Origin: Eledone cirrhosa
Taxonomy: Eukaryota
Assembly (NCBI GenBank): GCA_964016885.1
Contig: OZ024747.1
Location: 16,306,001-16,370,000, forward strand
Length of the DNA: 64,000 nt
Reading direction: 5' to 3'
Notes under the pieces: model-generated
What the model was told of the DNA's origin: nothing
The model's database searches: none
Seen by the model: only the letters and a program-made list of their open reading frames with translations
Translations under genes and position numbers: made by a program
Part shown: positions 15,292 to 31,271 of the stretch, in pieces
How positions within the stretch are numbered: the first letter of the stretch is position 1
Layout of the letters: every line of letters starts with the position of its first letter

Positions 15292-16227
15292 GAGAGAGAG
15301 AGAGAGAGAGAGGGGGTGATAGTGTGAGAGATAGATAGATAGATATGTGCACATATATGTGTTTGTACTGTGTTTCATTTCTTTTTTTTGCCATTTATTT
15401 ATAATTTCCACAATGAAGAGTTTTTAAAATTTTTTTTTTTTTTGGCATTAATACAAAAAAAATGTAAATAATTGTTTGCTTCCGTAACTTATAATTTTTA
15501 GTAGTAATTATGATGCTCATTATCATCATATTTGCAACAATTTCATATGAATTACTTCTCTCCACCACTGAGTACACATTCCTGACGTGTGTACAGCATT
15601 TTATTATGGGAATGTAGAAACGTTGTTGTTATACTTATACTACATCAGCTCTGCGTTTTTGTTTCTTTTAACTTGTTGTCACGTGCAATATTTTAGTCTT
15701 TTAACTGTTATGTTGGTCAGGCGATATATTTGCTATGTTTCTTTTTTTTAGTTCTCCTCTCTTGCATGTGCTCTGCAATTAGTAATTTGTGGTTTAGTGT
15801 AGGGGCAGCCATTTATGTACATTTTGATGTGTTTTTAAAGAATTAGTAGCGAGTCTTTATGGTGTGGACTTAGTGAATTGTTCATGTTAGAAATTTACGT
15901 TTCATGTATGGAAGAGCAGGTGTTATTTTAAATTATTAGGCGATGATTCCTTAACATATGTATTGTTTGAATGTTATGACAGATTATTGTGTACGCTATA
16001 AGTTGTAAGAATTGTGTGTTCTGACTGTGTTATGCAATTGAATAGAAAGCATCATGCTTCAGGCCTTGATTTAGCAGGATTGTTTTCTTTAGGATTCTAA
16101 AGACCTGAACCCTGCAGGAGATTTATACTTTCATTTATATTTTGAACACACACAGTGCTTTAATTGTTATCGGCATATTGTTTCAGTTCCATGCTTGTTT
16201 TTATTTTTGTTGTTGTTATTGTAATTA

Positions 16228-16264
<37 letters not shown>

Positions 16265-16276
16265 CGTCATCATCAT

Positions 16277-16312
<36 letters not shown>

Positions 16313-16795
16313 GCCATCATTTTCATCATAAATCATCATTATTACTGATGTTGTTGTTGATGTTATCTTCTTCATCATCATCATCCTCATTTCATTCTCG
16401 TATATCATCTATTGACGTTATCGTCATCATTCACATTGTAGTCATAATATTATTTGAATCAGGACTAGAACCTGTTGAGTACCAAGCGATTTCATGCGGA
16501 CATGGCTGCAATATATGCATCTCTGCTCTTCACTAGGATGAGGGCGGGGCACAATTATACGATTAGTATTTCGCTTTGAAATTAGCTCCGTATCATCAGG
16601 CATTGCAAAACGTGACCCCACAATGTGCCATACTCTAGTTTAATACGATGTGCGAATTCCATTAAAATTGCCATCCTCTTAATTGCTTTGCCCAGCCTAT
16701 AAAAAGATTCATGCTAGAAAAACATTTGCTTTACTTTGTTATCAATGTATTAATTCATGTCCTACTTCGGTATAATGTTTGTGGGTGCGGTGTGC

Positions 16796-18606
<1,811 letters not shown>

Positions 18607-19380
18607 GGATTTCAAGACCTTTTATGTGCCTTAGACTGAAAACATTTGATTCTCTAAAATATGCTTTACTATAAATAAACACAAAGCACTTTCTTTAAAG
18701 TTTAACGAAAGGTAAAAAGCACACAGCATTTCCTTAAATTTGATGCCGTTTGAACAGGCTTATTCAAAGCAATGGCACAAGATTTAAGATATAAAACCTT
18801 TCCATCCGTTTAAAAATTCATATTTTGAAAATCAAACTTATATTGCCTTCTTGCTGATTGTTCTTACAATTTAAAGAAATTTAATGTGTTTATAAATATC
18901 TGCCGTTTAATAGTCACATAATGCATTATGAATAAAATAATATATAATTGATAATATACTGTATTTTTAGATAATTGGAATTTTGTATTTCTTTTTATTA
19001 TATTTCAAAGAAAAAATACTAAATCTTATAACTTTGATATATATTTCAACGTTTGCGAATCACATAAAGGAAATAATGAAATAGATAAGGCGGAAATATA
19101 TCCATTGCTAAATTCGACAATTATGCACATTTAAATGACATCAGTTTGTCGTCAGTACCACGCTATATATAGATACATCACGACAGCATAAACTTATTTG
19201 ACAAATACATATATGCATATGCATATAATCATGTATTTTGATTCAGAATTATCTAAATATGAAACAATTTTACATTTAAGCACGTAAATATACTAAGAAA
19301 TTTACATAAATTGGTTTTTAATGAGTATTTTAAAAATTCAGACCCAAAATACATCGAATAGCTGAGATGAATTGCAAATA

Positions 19381-19411
<31 letters not shown>

Positions 19412-19426
19412 ATAATAATAATAATC

Positions 19427-19500
19427 ATTGTTGTCTCTTGAGGTCACTGGTTGTGACTTGATGATAACTCGTATGAACATAAAGCAAGATAAATGCAACT
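19427..19500 (+). mobile_element. Short 3' UTR fragment of R4/Dong-like family 2, in (AAT)n
   Basis: Nearly identical to 39208-39283 (ttgttgtctcttgaggtcactggttgtgacttg...aaatgcaact). Confidence 0.85.
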
Positions 19501-20420
19501 ATAATAAAAATAATAATAATAATAATAATAATAAAATAATAATAATAATAATAATATGAATAATATGAATACTAATAATATGAATAAGACTAAGAATAAG
19601 AATATGAATACATCATTGAAAGCCCACAGATTCTTTTGATTTCCTAATTGCGTTTCAAATTGGGAGAGGACATATGAAATATTTCTAATGATTATATGTA
19701 TCACTGTTTTTTTATGATGACAGGTTTTTCAAATTTATTTTTATCTATCTCTGTACCTTTTCACTCTTGCTGTATGCTCCTTACATTCTTTAGCTTTTCA
19801 TGCAAATTCTTTCTCTCTGTCCTCTATGAATTTGCCATTTAACTGTAAATGAAACTTCATTATCCGCTTAAGTTGATCTGGGACAAGGAGATCTTGCTTT
19901 ATACGACAGTTGCATTCGTATAGCTAATGGAATCATTTCATGTATATTAATCTTACTCATTTGATATCACCTGCAACTATTTACAACAAATCCGATGCTC
20001 GTTGGCATTTTGAAATGAGGGTACACAGAAATGAGCTTGCCTGCACTTAATTACAATGTTATATATCATTCTTTCATTCAGGCTACTCACCACCCAAAAG
20101 GGAAACAAGATATAACAAAATAGGTGCATTTTGTGTTTTCCTATTTCCCATTTCACAGCTTTTTATACATATTTGTGCTTTTTAATGTACTATATCACCG
20201 TTCATCAAAACACTAAAACTATGAAATCATGTCTTTAATAAACATTATTATAAAGCATAGTTAAAGCTGTCGAATAAGTAACGCCAAGCAAGTAACTATC
20301 ACTTATAATATTCACTTTAATTCTGATGCTGTTTTTTCAATAATACACACACATAAACACAAATACACACATATGATTATATGTATGCATGTATGTACGT
20401 GTGTATCTATGTATATATAT

Positions 20421-20471
<51 letters not shown>

Positions 20472-20477
20472 TGTATG

Positions 20478-20578
<101 letters not shown>

Positions 20579-20588
20579 GATTATATGT

Positions 20589-20629
<41 letters not shown>

Positions 20630-20642
20630 TATATATATATAC

Positions 20643-20733
<91 letters not shown>

Positions 20734-20967
20734 CCGATTTAATGAGAATGATGTGATTAACAAGGAACCAAACAAAAATATAAACAAAAAACAAAAAAAA
20801 AACAACAAATCAAGTCTTTGCATTCTGTTAGTAGTATTTTTTAAACGTTAACATTGATAGGAATGAAATTATATTTCATTCTGCCTTTAGGGTATAGTGG
20901 AAATTGTTTAGCGCAACATTTTAGTTGCCGCTCATCTGTCACTGTTTGTGTCTCTGTGTTTGCTGTG

Positions 20968-21086
<119 letters not shown>

Positions 21087-21870
21087 GTGTATATATGATT
21101 GTGTATATATATATATATCATGTATATAATCATAAGAAGAATTAGAGACTCATTAGTAAGTTGAGATTTATATATCAGGAGAAATTCATTTGTTGTTTGT
21201 TGTTAATCTTGGTTGATGTCTTCAGGTACTGGCCACATTTTCTGAAGTTCATTGATAACAGTAAGCGTCACTTTTAATGTCGGATATATATGCCTGTTTC
21301 TTTATACAGGTGACATATCGTGTAAGACTCCAGATGCTTCGTCTCTGGAATCTGAGGCTCTTGGTCATTTTTCATGGCTGGGTGTCCCCATCAATACTTG
21401 TTGTTGATGTTCATTAAGAGTCCTTCCTGTTAAAAAGTGTAAAATAAATAAAATAAATATATATAAAACACGTTTGGAAATTCAACGTAGAATCGTTTTT
21501 AAAGGAAAGTAGAAAATAGTATCGAAAGGAAAATAGAAGCAACGAAACAAACCAATTGCTTAAAACAAATTCAAACCTCGACTCCAGACTGCATCATCAT
21601 GTCACCCATAACGGCGTTGTTTCTTTATTATGCTTTTATGAACTGATATTCAACTCAGCTGGAACCAATACTAATGCAATTAGCCTCCCTTGTATATTAG
21701 ATAATACACCTATTGTAGTACGTCAGCCATATATTACAATTGGTGTACTTTAAAGATGTACTTTTCTAGGCAGCTTGAAATGTACATGTAACTGTTGATA
21801 TTAAGATTTAAGAATTTTATGAATTACCATACTTTGGATACGACTAATTTGTATATATATATATATATAT

Positions 21871-22017
21871 GAAATAGTGAGGACCCCGACGTCTGAGCAC
21901 GGGCCATTTCGACATCTAGATCCGAACTGACGAAACGGCCGACGGGGTACTGACTTGTTTCCTATTGAGTACTCTGATGCGTTATGGTTTACCTCGTATC
22001 TTACCACACACTATTTG

Positions 22018-22019
<2 letters not shown>
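21871..22019 (+). mobile_element. Short fold-back fragment related to family D, in (TA)n
   Basis: Imperfect hairpin ccccgac...gacgggg; shares gtactctg(a/g)tgcgttatgg with 32945-32963. Confidence 0.5.
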
Positions 22020-22076
<57 letters not shown>

Positions 22077-22077
22077 C

Positions 22078-22624
<547 letters not shown>

Positions 22625-22668
22625 TATATAATTGAAAAAGCGACGAGCATGGTCAACATTTTGTTATC

Positions 22669-22817
<149 letters not shown>

Positions 22818-23342
22818 CACTAAAACACTACTACAACAATCCTCACCATTAATAAGTGTAATTGACATAGTTTCCATTGGAGTTAGGAGGGTATTATATA
22901 AATATATGTTGGGTCAGGGTGTATCAACGTGAAATATTTCGATATATTGCATTTAGCCTTATTATTGTTGTATATTTTCAGAATCTCATATATTTCTGAG
23001 TTAAATGTTTACTGAAATATTGTATTTAAATAATTAAACCGTGTGTTTTAAATATATCATTAATGATGAAAACAGATGAGTATATGCATGGAATAGGTGT
23101 TTGTGGAAACAATTGTAAATTAGAAACAACCCGTTAAACATTAAATATATTCTATTACGAAATCATGTAATTGTAAATTCAATTTAAATAGCCACTCATG
23201 AATACGACACTTTAGATACATTGAACAAATTGTAACTCATTTCAAAGGAGATGGGTAAGTTTTGTCAATCGCATATATCTGTTCGAGTGGCTTGTCTCAC
23301 ACTGTATGTGTGTACGTACATTTATGTATATTTCCATATACA

Positions 23343-24391
23343 TTAAATGTAAGTATGTATGTATACGTACATACATATATGTATACAGACGTACAGTAGC
23401 ATGTATATATATACATACAGGCACACATATATATATATGCACGTATCAGTTTACCGAACATTTATTATAATGTTCGCTTTGTTCGTTTGTAAACAAACGA
23501 ACAGCCTGATATACGCCGTACAGTGTTTAGGCAACCACGTCTCCTTTTTGTTCAACACTGACACAGGAACGATGTAAAACGAACAAAGCGAACATTATAA
23601 TAAATGTTCGGTAAACTGATACGTGCATATATATATATGTCTGCCTGTATGTATGTCAGGTCACCAGTTGGTGCTACTGGTAACATGTATCCCAGTACAA
23701 CCTGTCTCATGGTCGGGTCGTTGGCGACTAAACTGGCAACCCCACCAAGGTTTCTTGGTGAGGAGGGTGACTTTGGACATCCTGCAGGACTAAAAACAAA
23801 ACCTGTCAAAGGGCAAAGGAGCTCTTAAGAGTCAATGGCCATCCAAAATCACCGGGAGAGATGACCCCTTAGCCTTTGTCAAGGCAGAATTCTAGGAGAA
23901 GGAAAACTCTGTTATAATACCTGCAACCCTGATGGTATCCAATGATGTTGACTTGTTCTTCTTTTTGGTAAATATTATCTTGGTTAAGAGAGTGGGACTG
24001 GCTTTGTGCAGTGCCTTTGCACACTATAAAAGCTTCACGGCACAGGCATTGCTTTATATCTGGAGATCTCTCTGCACTTGTCATCACATGGTACCATGGG
24101 CCCAGCACTATGTGTCAATAATTGTCACGGGTGTGGTGTTTGTACCAGAGTTTTCAAGTTGCTGGCTGGACTAAAAAGTCACACTCTTTTAGTGCATCGG
24201 TAGGGGTTCTCCTACATGGATATAAAGTAGTGGCCGTACTCGAAAACGAGTTGGCAGCCACCATATATATATATATATATACATGCTACTGTACGTCTGT
24301 ATACATATATGTATGTACGTATACATACATACTTACATTTAAGTAAGTGCCGTACTAAGAGTGAGAAATGAAATTTCGTTTCATTCTATTG
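23343..24391. mobile_element. Fold-back copy of non-coding hammerhead family F, interrupted by a ~610-bp element
   Basis: Left arm is 23343-23576 (-). Right arm is 23577-23654 plus 24263-24391 (+). Homologous to 61287-62356. Confidence 0.85.
23655..24262 (+). mobile_element. Non-autonomous ~610-bp element with RTE-like 5' UTR features, ending in (TA)n
   Basis: Second full-length copy at 54706-55324 (-) with the same ends. Contains ctaggagaaggaaaactctg, which recalls RTE-clade 5' UTRs. No protein-like ORF. Confidence 0.7.
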
Positions 24392-24640
24392 AAATATACA
24401 TTTATATACATATATATATTTATGGAAATATAAATATATATACTTGGGGAGGGTCATATGTGTGTAATATTGCCAGAATTAATAACAGAACACACTCACT
24501 GTTTGGTTGGTTTTCGCTTTTCGCCTCTGTGTCTTTTATATCGGTAATCTAACTTACTCGGTCCTCAATTTTGCCATTGACTGACAGACGGTCAAAAATA
24601 ATACAGATACAATATAGACACAAACACATATATATAGTTT

Positions 24641-24683
24641 ATCATAAATATTTCGTTGCACATCTGCAACATCGTCAGTGGTG
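24641..24683 (-). ncRNA. Minimal type-I hammerhead ribozyme motif (family B, left arm)
   Basis: On the minus strand: CTGACGA-t-GTTGCA-gatg-TGCAAC-GAAA-tatt-TA, with self-complementary stem III (aaatattt). Confidence 0.75.
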
Positions 24684-25139
24684 TTATCTCTTCCTCCTGT
24701 TGTATTGTATGTCTACGCCATTTTTATTCAGTCTGTCTATATATTTATTTATTTATTTGCTTGTTTGTTTATTTTATTTTGTCTTCTTTGCGCATGCGTT
24801 TGCTGTGTGATGGGTGACTAGTGTGTGTTTATGTGCTTGTTGTTATTGTACTTGTGTATGTATTTATTTATTTATGTATTTATTTTATTTTATTTACTTA
24901 TTTATACTTCTCTTAGGTCAGTGTTGTTTGTTTGGGTGTTGTTGTTATTCCATTCATTTTTTCTGTTTAGTCTTGGTCTTCTAATTTCTATTTCACTGGC
25001 CTCTCTGATTTGCCTATCTGCTGGGTCATTTCTATGTTTAGATATTATTCTAATTTCTATGTTGTCTATGTTACCGTTATGTTGTTGTCTAGGATGTTCG
25101 TATAGTACTGAACCGTTTTTTCGTCCTTTTAGTTACCCC

Positions 25140-26240
25140 TCAGTGTTGGTCTATCCTTTCACCTATGCTACGAGCTGTCTCACCTATGTATGTTGTTGTC
25201 ATGTTTCTGCAAGTACCCTCTGTACATCTTATGCTATAGACTACGTTTCTAGTTTTACAGTTTATCCGGGGGTTTACCTTACATATGATACATTTCCTGT
25301 TGGTACAGTGGGTTTTCTTAAAAGGGTAGGTTTTGCTGATCAGGGTTTTTATGGTGGTTACTGGCTTTTCTACCACCTTAATTTTTAAGTGGGTCTTTCT
25401 CAGGGCCTTTCTACACTGGTTAGCTAATTTCCCTCCAGGGGTAGCGTTCACAAACATGACACTCTGGTATCTCTGGTTGTCGTACCATGAGGTGGCTTTC
25501 CCTATGTTATGTCTAGCCCTCTCTAAGATATTCCATGATTTGCTCCTGTATAATGGGCAAATTCCTTTAATGTCCAGTTCTATGAGGGTCTTATACTTTT
25601 CCATGGCTCCTTCGTATACTCTGACTTTGTCTCTTTGGTTGTAGCCAGAGAGCTGCGTGCGGTTGATGAAGTGTTGGATGTGTCTTTCCATTTCTGTTGG
25701 GTCGCACGTGCGGGACACATTCTTCAACTTAGCACTACTGGACATTGCTGAGTTTTTGAGTATCAGGTATTTGGAGTCCATGGGTTTAGCATAGTGTGAG
25801 TGGAGAATTTGGGCTATCTCGTCTATAGTGTTAATCCAGAGTTCTGTGTCTAATAGAGGTAGTCTATTGTTAGGGTGTTTGGAAGGGAAGTCGATAGTTA
25901 CAGTTATACTCTGGTGTATGGAATTAGCTATCTGCTGGATACTTTCCATCATGCTACGTTCTAAATCAAACTTGTTAGTGCTCTCTAGTGTGGGTGTTCT
26001 TATAACTATATTGATATCGTCTACATAACGAGGGTACATGATGAGGTCTATGGAGCTCTCATTAAGGAGATCTTTAAGTCTCCTTTCCCACCATACCATG
26101 AAAAGGTTGGCAACATCACCAGCTATGCTGACGCCGATGGCTGCTCCCTCATTTTGGGTGTAGATCTTCTCGTTGAACTTAAATATGTGGCCCTTTAGGG
26201 TAGTTTTGATACTAGCCCCTATTGCATGTGCGACCATTTT
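25140..26240 (-). pseudogene. 5'-truncated PLE RT/GIY-YIG frame (left arm)
   Basis: Motifs QNEGAAIG, RYVDDI, LPLLD, CxxxxCxxC linker, NVVYSIRC...YIGETARS. Has a 33-bp in-frame deletion relative to the right arm. Confidence 0.9.
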
Positions 26241-26264
26241 TATTACGTGAAATGGTCGCACATG

Positions 26265-27634
26265 AAATGGTCGCACATGCAATAGGGGCTAGTATCAAAA
26301 CTACCCTAAAGGGCCACATATTTAAGTTCAACGAGAAGATCTACACCCAAAATGAGGGAGCAGCCATCGGCGTCAGCATAGCTGGTGATGTTGCCAACCT
26401 TTTCATGGTATGGTGGGAAAGGAAACTTAAAGATCTCCTTAATGAGAGCTCCATAGACCTCATCATGTACTCTCGTTATGTAGACGATATCAATATAGTT
26501 ATAAGAACACCCCCACTAGAGAGCACTAACAAGTTTGATTTAGAACGTAGCATGATGGAAAGTATCCAGCAGATAGCTAATTCCATACACCAGAGTATAA
26601 CTGTAACTATCGACTTCCCTTCCAAACACCCTAACAATAGACTACCTCTATTAGACACAGAACTCTGGATTAACACTATAGACGAGATAGCCCAAATTCT
26701 CCACTCACACTATGCTAAACCCATGGCCTCCAAATACCTGATACTCAAAAACTCAGCAATGTCCAGTAGTGCTACGTTTAATATTCTGATCGCAGATTTG
26801 GTACGAGTGATGAAGAATATGTCCCGAAAGTGCGACCCAACAGAAATGGAAAGACACATCCAACACTTCATCAACCGCACGCAGCTCTCTGGCTACAACC
26901 AAAGAGACAAAGTCAGAGTATACGAAGGAGCCATGGAGAAGTATAAGACCCTCATAGAACTGGACATGAAAGGAATTTGCCCATTATACAGGAGCAAATC
27001 ATGGAATAGCTTAGATAGGGCTAGACATAAGATAGGGAAAGCCACCTCATGGTACGACAACCAGAGATACCAGAGTGTCATGTTTGCGAACGCTACCCCT
27101 GGAGGGAAATTAGCTAACCAGTGTAGAAAGGCCCTGAGTAAGACCCACTTAATGATTAAGGTGGTAGAAAAGCTAGGAACCACCATAAAAACCCTGATCA
27201 GCAAAACCTACCCTTTTAAGAAAACCCACTGTACCAATAGGAAATGTATCATAGGTAAGGTAAACCCCCGGATAAACTGTAAAACTAGAAACGTAGTCTA
27301 TATCATAAGATGTACAGAGGGTACTTGCAGAAACATGACAACAACATACATAGGTGAGACAGCTCGTAGCATAGGTGAAAGGATAGACCAACACTGAGGG
27401 GAACTAAAAGGACGATAAAACGGGTCAGTACTATACGAATATGCTAGACAACAACATGACGGTAACATAGACAGCATAGAAATTAGAATAATATCTAAAC
27501 ATAGAAATGACCCAGCAGATTGGCAAATCAGAGAGGCCAGTGAAATAGAAATTAGAAGACCAAGACTAAACAGAAAGAATGAATGGAATAACAACAACAC
27601 CCAAACAAACAACACTGACCTAAGAGAAGTATAA
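26265..27634 (+). pseudogene. 5'-truncated PLE RT/GIY-YIG frame (right arm); homologous frame continues past TGA/TAA to ...RPRLNRKNEW...EV*
   Basis: ORF 26222-27397 plus in-frame continuation SVLYEYARQQH...QIREASEIEIRRPRLNRKNEW, a typical PLE GIY-YIG C-terminus. C-terminal endonuclease type; subclade not established. Confidence 0.9.
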
Positions 27635-27880
27635 ATAAGTAAATAAAATAAAATAAATAAATAAATAAATAAATAAATACATACACAAGCACAATAACAA
27701 CAAGCACATAAACACAAACTAGTCACCCATCACACAGCAAACAAAACACTATACACACACCCAAACGCATGCGCAAAGAAGACAAAATAAAATAAACAAA
27801 CAAGCAAATAAATAAATAAATATATAGACAGACTGAATAAAAATGGCGTAGACATATAATACAACAGGAGGAAAAGATAG

Positions 27881-27925
27881 CACCACTGACGATGTTGCAG
27901 ATGTGCAACGAAAGATTTATGATAA
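27881..27925 (+). ncRNA. Minimal type-I hammerhead ribozyme motif (family B, right arm)
   Basis: CTGACGA at 27886, 6-bp stem II gttgca/tgcaac, GAAA at 27910. Stem I is weak. Confidence 0.72.
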
Positions 27926-28274
27926 ACTATATATATGTGTTTGTGTCTGTATTGTATCTGTATTATTTTTGACCGTCGGTCAGTCAATGGCAACATTGAG
28001 GACCGAGTAAGTTAGATTACCGATATAAAAGACACAGAAGCGAGAAGCGAAAACCAACCAAACAGCGAGTGTGTTCTGTTATTAATTCTGGCAATATTAC
28101 ACAAATATGACCCTCCCCAAGTATAACAATATTTGTTTCGACACACGATTTCATATAAAAAACCTCGCAAAACTAATTCATCGCCGCTACATATATATAT
28201 ATTTATGGAAATGTATACATATATATATAGAAATATATACATATTTATGGAAATATATACATATAGTACCATAC

Positions 28275-28351
<77 letters not shown>

Positions 28352-28594
28352 TAAATATATATATACAGAAACATACAGACACACATACGCGGAGTAACCC
28401 TCCCCACACACACACATACACACACATATATATATATGTACTTATCGTAAATATTTCACGAATAAGTCGTACGCGATGAGCGCAAAAGAGCTAGGCCTAC
28501 CTAGAGCAATAATATGTCTCCTAAGCGCTGGGTAGGTCAATAAAAATAGATAAAGTTATAAATAGTATAACAATGCTATGATAACTGTTCACAA

Positions 28595-28783
28595 TAATTG
28601 TTTCTACTTTTGGCACAAGGCCAGCAAATACCCAGTACATAACTCTTACTTTATTTTATCGACCACTTAAGGATTAAAGGGAAAGTTAACAACGGCGGGA
28701 TTTGAACTCAGATCGTAAAGGGACGTAACTATGCTGGAAAGCATGGCGTCCAACTCTCTACCTATACTACCAATCCACCACCC
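28595..28783 (-). mobile_element. tRNA-derived SINE copy
   Basis: Full-length reverse-complement match; acaataat on both sides. Confidence 0.9.
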
Positions 28784-29054
28784 TCTTTACAATAATGCAC
28801 ATATATTCGCTTCATTACGCGCAAAATCGATGAAACGTTTATAAATCTAGATGATTTAAATTTCCCACATAATTTTCCCTTTTAATTTACATAGGAGACA
28901 ATCGTATATAAAAGAGGATATCTTTAACGTTTGGCTCTACTGATGACCGGGGAAAAATAGATCTCTCACACGAAGGCATAATAATATTCTTGGAGGAAAG
29001 AATCTATAGACATGTAGTCTAATACAATGGATAGTTCTTCACGGAAGTTTAGTG

Positions 29055-29105
<51 letters not shown>

Positions 29106-29110
<5 letters not shown>

Positions 29111-29625
29111 ATGCTTTGGAAGGGTCATGTTGCCAATAAGAAACACACGCATCAGTAGGTTTCACTTCAATTTATTATAAACTAATTTATAAATTTAAGA
29201 ATTTATAAATTTCCGGTTGGTTGGTTGGTTGGTTCCACAACCAGACGATTGTTCATATATAGTCAAAGTTCTTTCGTCGCACATTCTGTGACCTCTTGTT
29301 TTTGAAACACAAGATGACGTAGGACAGAACAAAGGAGAGGCACAAAAACAAAGAAAATAATCCCCAGTCACTGAAGAGGTCAAAGAATGTGTGACGAAAG
29401 CACTTTGACTATATATGAACCATCGTCTGATTTTGGAACCAACCAACCGACCAACCGAACATTTATAAATCCTTACATTTATGAATTTAATTTATAATAA
29501 ATTGAAGTGAAAGCTATTGGTGCGTGTGTTTCTTATTGGCAACATGACCCTACCAAAGGATAACAATATCGGTTTCAACACACGTTTTCAGATAAAGAAT
29601 CTTGCTAAACAAATTCAGAAACGAA

Positions 29626-29626
<1 letters not shown>
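29106..29626. mobile_element. Fold-back element family C, copy 1 (PLE pLTR-like), in (TA)n
   Basis: Left arm 29106-29297 is inverted relative to 29375-29568. The right arm has extra 5' sequence and a ~57-nt tail. Confidence 0.85.
29366..29410 (+). ncRNA. Minimal type-I hammerhead ribozyme motif (family C)
   Basis: AGTCA-CTGAAGA-g-gtcaaa-gaatg-tgtgac-GAAA-gcac-TT-TGACT; stem I agtca/tgact is perfect. Confidence 0.8.
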
Positions 29627-29657
<31 letters not shown>

Positions 29658-29677
29658 GTTGTGTGTATGTGTGTGTG

Positions 29678-30331
<654 letters not shown>

Positions 30332-30336
<5 letters not shown>

Positions 30337-30725
30337 ATACTTTAGGAGAGTCATGCTGCCAATAAAACACGCACCTATCGGTTTCCACTTCAATTCATTA
30401 TACATTTCCGGTTGGTTGGATGGTTTGATGGATAAACGGATGGATGCTTATAGATTGTCAAAGCTATTTATGTCACACGTTATGGTGTGGAGAGAACAAT
30501 GACGATACACAAAATAAGAGCCGAGTCACTGAGGAGGTCACAGAATGTGTGACGAAAGAGCTTTGACAAAATATAGTAACCATCCGGTTATCGAAACAAC
30601 CAGAAATTAATAATAAATTGAAGTGAAAATCAACAGGTGTGTGTTTTTATCTGCCGCATGACCCTCCCAACAATATCCGTTTCAACACCCGCTTTCAAGT
30701 AAGGAATCTTGTAAAGAAAATGTAA
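30332..30725. mobile_element. Fold-back element family C, copy 2 (older, arms diverged), in (TA)n
   Basis: Homologous to 29106-29626, with the same short-arm end (…ataacaa|tata). Confidence 0.8.
30524..30568 (+). ncRNA. Minimal type-I hammerhead ribozyme motif (family C, copy 2)
   Basis: agtca-CTGAGGA-g-GTCACA-gaatg-TGTGAC-GAAA-gagc-TT-tgac. Confidence 0.8.
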
Positions 30726-30745
30726 ATATATATATATATATATAT

Positions 30746-31211
30746 ACATGTAAAGTTATATTTAAAATTGTTGGGTTACAACTAGTAAATATTTATAACT
30801 GATATAAAAGCACTCGACAAATATTTGCAGTATATTTACAATATTAAATAAATGGAAAACTATATTTATAAAACCATATTTATTTCATTATATATATTTC
30901 GGGGATATCATATTAACAATATGCTATGCTTTCATCAGACAAAATACAATATAAACAGTTTTATAGATAAATATATTCGACATACCGTAATAAACATCAA
31001 CTTCATTTGAAGAGGTTTACGCTAGCAGTAAACCTCTTCAAATGAAGTTGATGTTTATTACGGTATGTCGAATATATTTATCTATAAAACTGTTTATATT
31101 GTATTTTGTCTGATGAAGGCATAGCATATTGTTAATATGATATCCCCGAAATATATATAATGAAATAAATATGGTTTTATAAATATAGTTTTCCATGTAT
31201 TTAATATTGTA
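30746..31211. mobile_element. Fold-back element family A, copy 2 (tail on the left arm), in (TA)n
   Basis: Centre gaggtttac-gctagca-gtaaacctc (~31023). Arms are near-identical and both carry the CTGATGA core. Confidence 0.9.
31103..31166 (+). ncRNA. Hammerhead motif (family A, copy 2); mirror copy at ~30878-30945 (-)
   Basis: CTGATGA at 31110, long stem II, GAAA at 31148, tatata stem III. Confidence 0.72.
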
Positions 31212-31271
31212 TATATATATATATATATGTATGTTCTTCTTGTTTTATAATTTCACAAATGTTTGCCAATA

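Larger units (their letters stand above)
24441..28190. mobile_element. Penelope-like element (family B): two 5'-truncated copies head-to-head forming a ~3.7-kb palindrome
   Basis: Left arm 24441-26240 (-), right arm ~26250-28190 (+). Both encode an RT C-terminal half plus GIY-YIG. Each 3' region carries a hammerhead. Flanked by TA-rich repeats. Confidence 0.93.

Noticed and set aside
15560-16080. Possible old LINE relics (also ~17600-17820, 21550-21780, 39350-40620)
   Set aside because: Only faint motif resemblance; too degraded to classify or bound without a search.
16557-16603. Hammerhead-like string on the minus strand (atgc-CTGATGA...gc-GAAA-tactaa-TC-gtat)
   Set aside because: Stem II is poor, there is no second copy and no TE context; it may be chance.
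21300-21445. Possible minus-strand exon after a strong acceptor (ttttacactttttaacag)
   Set aside because: All frames stop within ~20 codons and there is no recognisable homology.
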